NCBI GenBank assembly: GCA_963782525.1 | Contig: CAWAKC010000007.1 | Location: 192,001 to 256,000, forward strand | DNA length: 64,000 bases | Direction of reading: 5' to 3' | Source: Candidatus Bathyarchaeota archaeon | GTDB lineage: Archaea > Thermoproteota > Bathyarchaeia > Bathyarchaeales > Bathycorpusculaceae | Shown here: piece after piece, positions 58,044 through 64,000 of the stretch | How the letters are laid out: the number at the start of each line of letters is the position of its first letter | How positions within the stretch are numbered: position 1 is the first letter of the stretch | Program-made: the position numbers and the translations under genes | The notes under the pieces: model-generated | Seen by the model: only the letters and a program-made list of their open reading frames with translations | What the model was told of the DNA's origin: nothing | Database searches by the model: none

Positions 58044-58334
58044 GTGGATCAAGAAAACTCCGACATCGCCGTGGTGGGAACCAAAGGCCAGATAGTTATT
58101 CCTCAACGCTTCAGAAAAGACCTGGCAATAACTCCAAACACCAAAATTATTGTATACCGAAAAGACGACAAACTTGTCCTAGCAAAACTCAAAGTTCCAC
58201 CACTAGAAGAACTAAAAGAACTTTTTGCAGAAATCGACCAACAAAACAAACAAAATAAAAAGCCAACCGAACAAGAGATTCTAAGCGACATTCAAGCTTA
58301 CCGACGAAAAAAGCGAGAAAGCAAAGGCGCATAA
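58044..58334 (+). CDS. AbrB/MazE-type antitoxin
   Basis: VGTKGQIVIPQRFRKDL; precedes a PIN gene. Confidence 0.88.
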   Translation: MDQENSDIAVVGTKGQIVIPQRFRKDLAITPNTKIIVYRKDDKLVLAKLKVPPLEELKELFAEIDQQNKQNKKPTEQEILSDIQAYRRKKRESKGA

Positions 58335-58335
58335 A

Positions 58336-58745
58336 ATGGTTCGCGTGGTCCTTGACGCTAATCTTTAGTGTCATCTCTTATCGATGAAGGAAAACCGCGA
58401 AGAGTTGTTTTTGAACTTTTAGACAAACATACTGTCGTATTATCTCAGCAAATGCTAGCTGAACTAGCCGATGTAATTTCAAGAGATAAATTTAAGGTTA
58501 CAATATCTCAGGTTGATAGGTTTGTTTCAAGCTTAGTTCGTTTGTCTAAAATGGTGCCAGATAGTGCCCGTTTTAAAGTTGTGTTGCAAGATCCTGATGA
58601 TGACGTAGTTCTAAACACGGTTTATACCGGGAGGGCCGAGTTTATCGTTACAGGGGACAAGCATCTTTTGGAGTTGGGTTCTTTCAAGAAAACTAAGATC
58701 ATAACTGTAAATCAGAGGCAAGACATCTTAATTGATAAAAAATAG
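58336..58745 (+). pseudogene. PIN-domain (VapC-like) toxin, frameshifted
   Basis: MVRVVLDAN is in a different frame from VSSLI...EL..V...DPDDD...IVTGDKHLL; one base missing near 58364-58366. Confidence 0.8.
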
Positions 58746-58922
58746 TTTAAAGTAAGTTTGCTGTTTGTTCGATGCAGTTTTTGATTTCTTTCGGTGTTGC
58801 TGGAGGCGTAGAGTGCGAGTTGGAGTTTCACTTTTTTGTTAGCGCTTTGTGGGTTCATTCATGCAACAACACATCTTAATTATTCTGTTTCAAGATAGAT
58901 GGGAAATAACGGGGATTGACAT

Positions 58923-59159
58923 ATGATTTCAGCAGTTGTTTTAGTTACTACCGATACAGGTGCCCAAGATAAAGTGTTAGAAAACATAAAACTTGTTGAG
59001 GGCGTTGAAGAAGCTCACGCATTATACGGTGTCTACGACCTTCTAATCAAAATTAAGGGCAATTCTGTAGATAAGCTTAAGGAAATTACTAAATTACAAA
59101 TAAAACCGATAGCGGGCGTAAACAGTTATCTGACATTGATGTTAGTTCAAGACAATTAA
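58923..59159 (+). CDS. Stand-alone Lrp/AsnC ligand-binding (RAM) domain protein
   Basis: GVEEAHALYGVYDLLIKI, 78 aa, no HTH. Confidence 0.85.
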   Translation: MISAVVLVTTDTGAQDKVLENIKLVEGVEEAHALYGVYDLLIKIKGNSVDKLKEITKLQIKPIAGVNSYLTLMLVQDN

Positions 59160-59516
59160 CTATTTGTTGTTGTTTCATTTTGTGACAACATCATTTTATA
59201 TTATTTCAAGCGCTAATACGCTAACCAGACATAGTCCAACAGTAGCAGATAGTTGGGCGGGTCTGGCTGCTAAATAAGGAGAAGGCAATCCCCCTTTCTT
59301 GCTGCATCCTGCTTTAGCGCATGGCTTGGTCCGCTTAACTTAACATTTTGGGATAAGAATTGCTTGAAGGCTAATCGCCATTCAATATTAACGGTACTCA
59401 TTTTTTGGATGGTTGACTTTCGAGGAGCAAATAAAATTTCTATATGTTCTTTGTTGAACGGTTAAGTTAGTTGGTCAAAAATTATTTATGCAGAGTGGAT
59501 GTAAGATAGTTAGCCG

Positions 59517-59723
59517 ATGACTGTGAGTAAATCGAAAGCTTCGGATTATTTTGTTGCAGGAATCACTCTCATAGTTTTAGCGGGAGTTATCTGGCTAGTT
59601 GAAAACCTTGCTTTGAATAAAACAGTCGACAACAGTATTTTGCTTTTTATCCCCAGTGTTTTCATTATGCTAAGTGTCACTCATTTTATCGTAGCAAGCA
59701 AGAAATGGTATTCTTCGCATTAA
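59517..59723 (+). CDS. Small 2-TM membrane protein
   Basis: Two hydrophobic helices. Confidence 0.5.
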   Translation: MTVSKSKASDYFVAGITLIVLAGVIWLVENLALNKTVDNSILLFIPSVFIMLSVTHFIVASKKWYSSH

Positions 59724-59747
59724 CTTTTTAGCCAAGAGATCAAGCCC

Positions 59748-59963
59748 CTAAGAAGTGGGCTTTTTTGTTTCAGATTTTCCGCTCAGAACAATAACCCAAA
59801 GACCTAACCCAATTAACAGAAAACCAATAATAAAGCCAATAAACGATGAAAAACTTCGATAGTCGTTAGTAGGAAAAGTAATGACGCAGCCAAAATCCAT
59901 CGATACAATTGCGCCACCAATGGCAAAAAGTATTGCACCCAATAATCCAAATACAGATTTCAT
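59748..59963 (-). CDS. Small 2-TM membrane protein
   Basis: Two hydrophobic helices and a basic tail. Confidence 0.55.
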   Translation of the reverse strand: MKSVFGLLGAILFAIGGAIVSMDFGCVITFPTNDYRSFSSFIGFIIGFLLIGLGLWVIVLSGKSETKKPTS

Positions 59964-60032
59964 GCTTTCACAATTTTTGTATTGTTTTGATCTTGCTTAA
60001 AAGTTTATAAAATCAGCCCAATTACTTTTTTC

Positions 60033-61589
60033 TTGATTCCCCTAAAATACACCATTATTGATAACCCAATAGCAACAATTACAAAACTTTATACTGCTAC
60101 GACGTCTGAATATAGGTCGGTGCTAATACACACGAATAAGTTGTGGGCGCTCGCAGTTGTAATCTGCACAGTTATGTTTTCAAGCTTGCTTTTTGTTCCC
60201 TTTGCGTGCGCGGATGTGCCTGCTGAACTTTGGGATTTTGCTTCCAACACAACCACTAACAATGTTTCTTGGGAAAGTGGCGTGGTAGTTGATGGAATAG
60301 CCTATGTATGGAACACTGAAACATACACAATACCAGGCGAACAAGCCCGCTACGAATCGATGTTTCCCCTAACACATTCGCTAGGAAACATTTACGCCCT
60401 AAACTCTCAAAACGGCGCCAAACTCTGGAACTACACTGTGACGGGTGATATTCGTTCTTTCCGCGTTCTCGACGGCGTGGCCTATGTTTCTGCAAGTGAA
60501 GGACTTAATATTGATGGAAAATATGGCGGAGGCGGCGTTTATGCATTTGACGCATCTACAGGCACTCAAAAATGGGTATATAAAATTGACGGCGACATTA
60601 TTAGGTGCTCAATTAGCAATAGCACGATCTATGTCTTCTTTCATGCTTCAGGCGATTACAGTTCTTTGCTTTGCGCAGTCAATGCAACTAATGGCAAGGA
60701 ACTTTGGAGGTGGAACGCTGGCTACTACGTTTTTCCTTCAATGTTTACCTTTAGTGATGAAGCACTCTTCTTTAGTATTAACCACCAAAACGATTATCGC
60801 TATTATGCTGTCAGCACGAGAGATGGCAACTTGCTTTGGAGCACACCAATAAACGGATCTGTAAACTGGTATTCCACAATTGGTGACGGCGTCGTCTATT
60901 TTAGCTCAACCCAAACAACCTACGCCTTAAACACCCAAGACGGCAATCAACTCTGGAGTTACCGGGCTGCAAGTTACGGCATAAGCGATAGCGGCATCCT
61001 CTACAACACAGTCGGCGACAACGTTTATGCCTATGATGGATTAAAAGGAAATCAAGTTTGGAATTACTCCACCGACGGTAGAACGATCCTATCTCTTGCA
61101 CGCATTGATAACGCGGTTTATTTTAGTACAAACGGCACCTTAACCGCCTTGAACATTGCAGACGGCACACCATTATGGAATAGCAGCACAGATGTAAATG
61201 GAACATTAAGCATCAGCGATGGCAGCTTTCGTTACTATAGCTTTGGCGCTTATGCTAGTGTTAATGGCGGAGTCTTTTATTATTATTCGGGAAAAACGCT
61301 TCATATCTTAGATGCGATAAATGGTAACAGCCTTTGGAATCACACAATTAGCAGTGACCAGTCGTTTGTTACAGTTGCCGACGCCATTGCTTTCTATAGT
61401 GGAAATAATTCAATTCATGCTTTGAGTTTTCCCACAGTTTCGCATCCTTCATCTAGTCCAACAGCAGCTCCTAATGGGACATCAATGAACTTGGTGTCAT
61501 TTAACCCGGCATTGATAATTGGGTCAATTGTCGTTGTGATTGTAGCATTATTAGTCATAGTTTTTGTTAGAAACAGAACTCGGAAATAA
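60033..61589 (+). CDS. Membrane-anchored PQQ-like beta-propeller protein (start probably near 60120)
   Basis: Repeated YALN...G..LW motifs, signal peptide, C-terminal TM plus RNRTRK. Confidence 0.85.
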   Translation: MIPLKYTIIDNPIATITKLYTATTSEYRSVLIHTNKLWALAVVICTVMFSSLLFVPFACADVPAELWDFASNTTTNNVSWESGVVVDGIAYVWNTETYTIPGEQARYESMFPLTHSLGNIYALNSQNGAKLWNYTVTGDIRSFRVLDGVAYVSASEGLNIDGKYGGGGVYAFDASTGTQKWVYKIDGDIIRCSISNSTIYVFFHASGDYSSLLCAVNATNGKELWRWNAGYYVFPSMFTFSDEALFFSINHQNDYRYYAVSTRDGNLLWSTPINGSVNWYSTIGDGVVYFSSTQTTYALNTQDGNQLWSYRAASYGISDSGILYNTVGDNVYAYDGLKGNQVWNYSTDGRTILSLARIDNAVYFSTNGTLTALNIADGTPLWNSSTDVNGTLSISDGSFRYYSFGAYASVNGGVFYYYSGKTLHILDAINGNSLWNHTISSDQSFVTVADAIAFYSGNNSIHALSFPTVSHPSSSPTAAPNGTSMNLVSFNPALIIGSIVVVIVALLVIVFVRNRTRK

Positions 61590-61700
61590 AATTTTCAAAA
61601 ACTTGGTTAGATAGGACCAGCAATTGGAAGCATTTCTGGATCCATTTTAATGCTCTGCGAAGTTGCTTGGAATAAGGCAATTTTTCATGAGCACCAAAAG

Positions 61701-62960
61701 TCAACTGTCTGAGTTAGGATAGTGTTTGATTCTCAATGTTACTAATGCTAGAGTAATTGATATCATCAAAGCGGTTATCGCCCAGGGGAATAGTTCTGGA
61801 ATAGGAGGAGTCGCTGTTGGAGTTGAGCTTGGTTGGACTTGAGTTAAACTGATTTTTGCCATCCAAGCGATTGGAATTGGTTTACTTGTATCTGATCCAG
61901 CTATAACATAGCTGCCATCAGGTAACTGCACAAGAGCATAAGCCTCATGGTTTTCTCCAAAGACCACTTCCGACTGTTCATTCCCTGAGGAGGCACTTGC
62001 AATAACAAGTTTGGTTCCGACAAGTGCAAAGTCTCCAATATTGTTTTTAGTCATGAATCTTGCTTGGCCAGCTCCATAGTATTTTGTCCATTGTGAATTT
62101 CCTAAAGCATCGGTTTTGACTGTGGCAAGGTTTGGTCCGCCGCCATTGCTGCGTAGCCACATCCAACCGCCCAAAGCGTAGCCACCATCACTTGTTTGAA
62201 TCACTGAAAAGGCGAAATCTTCATCTTGACTTCCGTAAGTTTTGCTCCACTTCAAATCACCGGTAGAGTTTGCTTTTATAAGCATGTAGTCGGGCAAATT
62301 ACCGATACCTCCAGCCAAAGCATAACCTCCGTCGCTTGTCTGGATAATCGAATTTACCTCTCCATCTCCAAGAGTCTTATTCCACTGTTCATTACCCAAA
62401 GCATCAGTTTTAACTAGCCAAATAGTTCCTTTGTTTCCGACGAGGTTGGTTTGACCTATCATTGCATAGCCACCATCGTTAGTTTGAGTTAAGGCTACCG
62501 CTGAGCTGAATCCTGACCCGCTGTAGGTTTGATTCCAGAGTATGTTGCCTTTGCCATCGATTTTTTCGAGCCAATAGTTCCCTGCATATTGACCAAATAT
62601 GGCATATGCGCCATCGTTGGTTGCAATTAGCCAGTTGCTGTAAAGATTCCCTTTGGCAGCATAAGTTTTATTCCATTGTAGGTTGCCGGTTGCGTCTACT
62701 TTGACAACTTCAATATTTGGTATGCTATTTGGCGAAAGGGCGGTTGAACCCGCTAAGAGAAATCCGTCATCAGCAGTTTGAACTATTGAGTCAACTTCAA
62801 TTAAGCCGCTTCCAGTAAATGTGCGATTCCACGTTATTGTCGGGACCATGGAAACGTCGGATGCTGACACATTTATCTGGAAAGCAAAGGAAGGCGTTGC
62901 ACAATAAGTCAGGGTCAATCCAAAAATCAGCATTATCAAAAGGGCACTTGGCGATTTCAT
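61701..62960 (-). CDS. Secreted beta-propeller repeat protein with PEF-CTERM-like anchor
   Basis: Repeats of QT.DGGY...G and K.D..GN..WNKTY; IPEL + TM. Confidence 0.85.
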   Translation of the reverse strand: MKSPSALLIMLIFGLTLTYCATPSFAFQINVSASDVSMVPTITWNRTFTGSGLIEVDSIVQTADDGFLLAGSTALSPNSIPNIEVVKVDATGNLQWNKTYAAKGNLYSNWLIATNDGAYAIFGQYAGNYWLEKIDGKGNILWNQTYSGSGFSSAVALTQTNDGGYAMIGQTNLVGNKGTIWLVKTDALGNEQWNKTLGDGEVNSIIQTSDGGYALAGGIGNLPDYMLIKANSTGDLKWSKTYGSQDEDFAFSVIQTSDGGYALGGWMWLRSNGGGPNLATVKTDALGNSQWTKYYGAGQARFMTKNNIGDFALVGTKLVIASASSGNEQSEVVFGENHEAYALVQLPDGSYVIAGSDTSKPIPIAWMAKISLTQVQPSSTPTATPPIPELFPWAITALMISITLALVTLRIKHYPNSDS

Positions 62961-63226
62961 CCTAACCCTCCAATTACACCATAGTGCGCCTTCTTCTTAT
63001 CGTTTGCTGGATAAAGATAAAACACTTTTTCAAAACTTAATTCCTTATTTTAGTCCTTCTCTTTGCTTTAAATAAACCATCATAACAGTAAACAATAGTG
63101 CAAAAACCATAATTATCCACAGACTGGAAATTCTGGAACTTGAGTGCGAGACAATAAAAAATGATAACTTTCAAGTATGTACTTGAACAGTTGAAATTAC
63201 CCTCGAAGAGCCCACCTATAACATAC

Positions 63227-63721
63227 TCAATATTTTAACCAACGCTCTTTCAATACTTCATCAATTAATGCTTTGGTTTCTTCCATTCGCTTCAAATGCC
63301 TTTGTCCTATAAGAAGCCAATTAACCTGAAGGTCACCAGCCTTAATTGAATTCTGGTTCTGCACAAAAGCCTCTTTCGCATCTCTTACTCTTACAGCTTC
63401 ATAATCAGTGCCTTTTATTTTGCCATATACTTTAGTTAGCTTTTTTAATTGATCGGAATCTAAAAGTTGTAGTTGTCCGCTGGCAACGGCTAAATCCCAC
63501 ACGTCAGGATAAAGTTTGTAGGCATCACCAGTTAAGCTTTCTTTCAAGCTATTAAGCTCACAAGAAATATTCTTTAGCAATTCTTTTTTTGTATGTTGCG
63601 CTTTTCTCCAATCAATAACTCGGTCAAGCATGAAAGCCAGAAAAACTCCAGAAAATGTAACTACTAATTCGAGTAATAGAGCTACTTGATTGATACTTTC
63701 AGACATCTTGTTAACTTTCAC
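63227..63721 (-). CDS. Hypothetical protein with N-terminal TM helix
   Basis: ELVVTFSGVFLAF TM followed by a helical domain. Confidence 0.65.
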   Translation of the reverse strand: MKVNKMSESINQVALLLELVVTFSGVFLAFMLDRVIDWRKAQHTKKELLKNISCELNSLKESLTGDAYKLYPDVWDLAVASGQLQLLDSDQLKKLTKVYGKIKGTDYEAVRVRDAKEAFVQNQNSIKAGDLQVNWLLIGQRHLKRMEETKALIDEVLKERWLKY

Positions 63722-64000
63722 TTTAGCTAAATATTTCTACGCTATTTAGTTTTAAGTGTTTGCTGTGAAAGAAGATGGTTGAATAGGGGGTGGAATTGAG
63801 GTTAACGTTGGACTCCATAGTACGGTTAAGTAGAAAATGGATAAATTCTGACATTACTAATCAAAAATGGTGGTGTTAGCTTCTGTTAGCTTATTTTACT
63901 AACATTTAACGTCAATAGATGGTTAATCTTTCGTATTCAAATACTTGCCACCATCATTTGTTGGAACATTCAATATATCATATATTATTTTGAATGCCGA

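Noticed and set aside
53258-61698. 16/17-nt direct repeat TTTT(G/C)ATGAGCACCAAA at 53258 and 61682 as attL/attR
   Set aside because: A match of this length can occur by chance in 64 kb of AT-rich DNA; no integrase or tRNA is present and the interval contains cooC
63923-64000. Possible 3' end of a minus-strand gene running off the window
   Set aside because: Only 25 codons are visible, too little to call

Overview
Archaeal chromosomal window, most likely Bathyarchaeia (inferred from the archaeal five-subunit CODH/ACS, an Ftr paralog, PQQ-like propeller and PEF-CTERM-like surface proteins, and TATA promoters). 1-14.4 kb is core metabolism on the minus strand: purF-purD tightly coupled to an EhaR/EhaS(Ftr-like)/EhaT(PfkB)-like trio, then cooC and cdhABCDE. 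About 14.6-53.2 kb is an accessory metal/redox/Fe-S/SAM region with an H+ P-type ATPase, four radical SAM genes plus a remnant, NifX-like carriers, Mrp, IscU, a bacterial-type MetK, a Cys-tailed Lrp, CopA, several pseudogenes and a tnpB-less IS200/IS605 element. 53.3-55.6 kb is an orphan terminase cassette with no other viral genes, followed by a second cooC, a broken TA pair and surface proteins. The strongest unexplained signals are: (1) the purF-purD-ehaRST-like operon, a candidate for a non-PurN/PurT GAR formylation route; (2) a 46-bp two-box operator/TATA motif repeated at four promoters, suggesting an Lrp regulon; (3) the orphan TerS-like/TerL/RHH cassette with iterated sites; (4) an unusual N-terminal fusion to an Ahb-like radical SAM enzyme next to a bacterial MetK; (5) a NikR-like operator and an ATA-started purF. 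No rRNA, tRNA or CRISPR array was seen. All product calls come from motif recognition by eye, with no database search.
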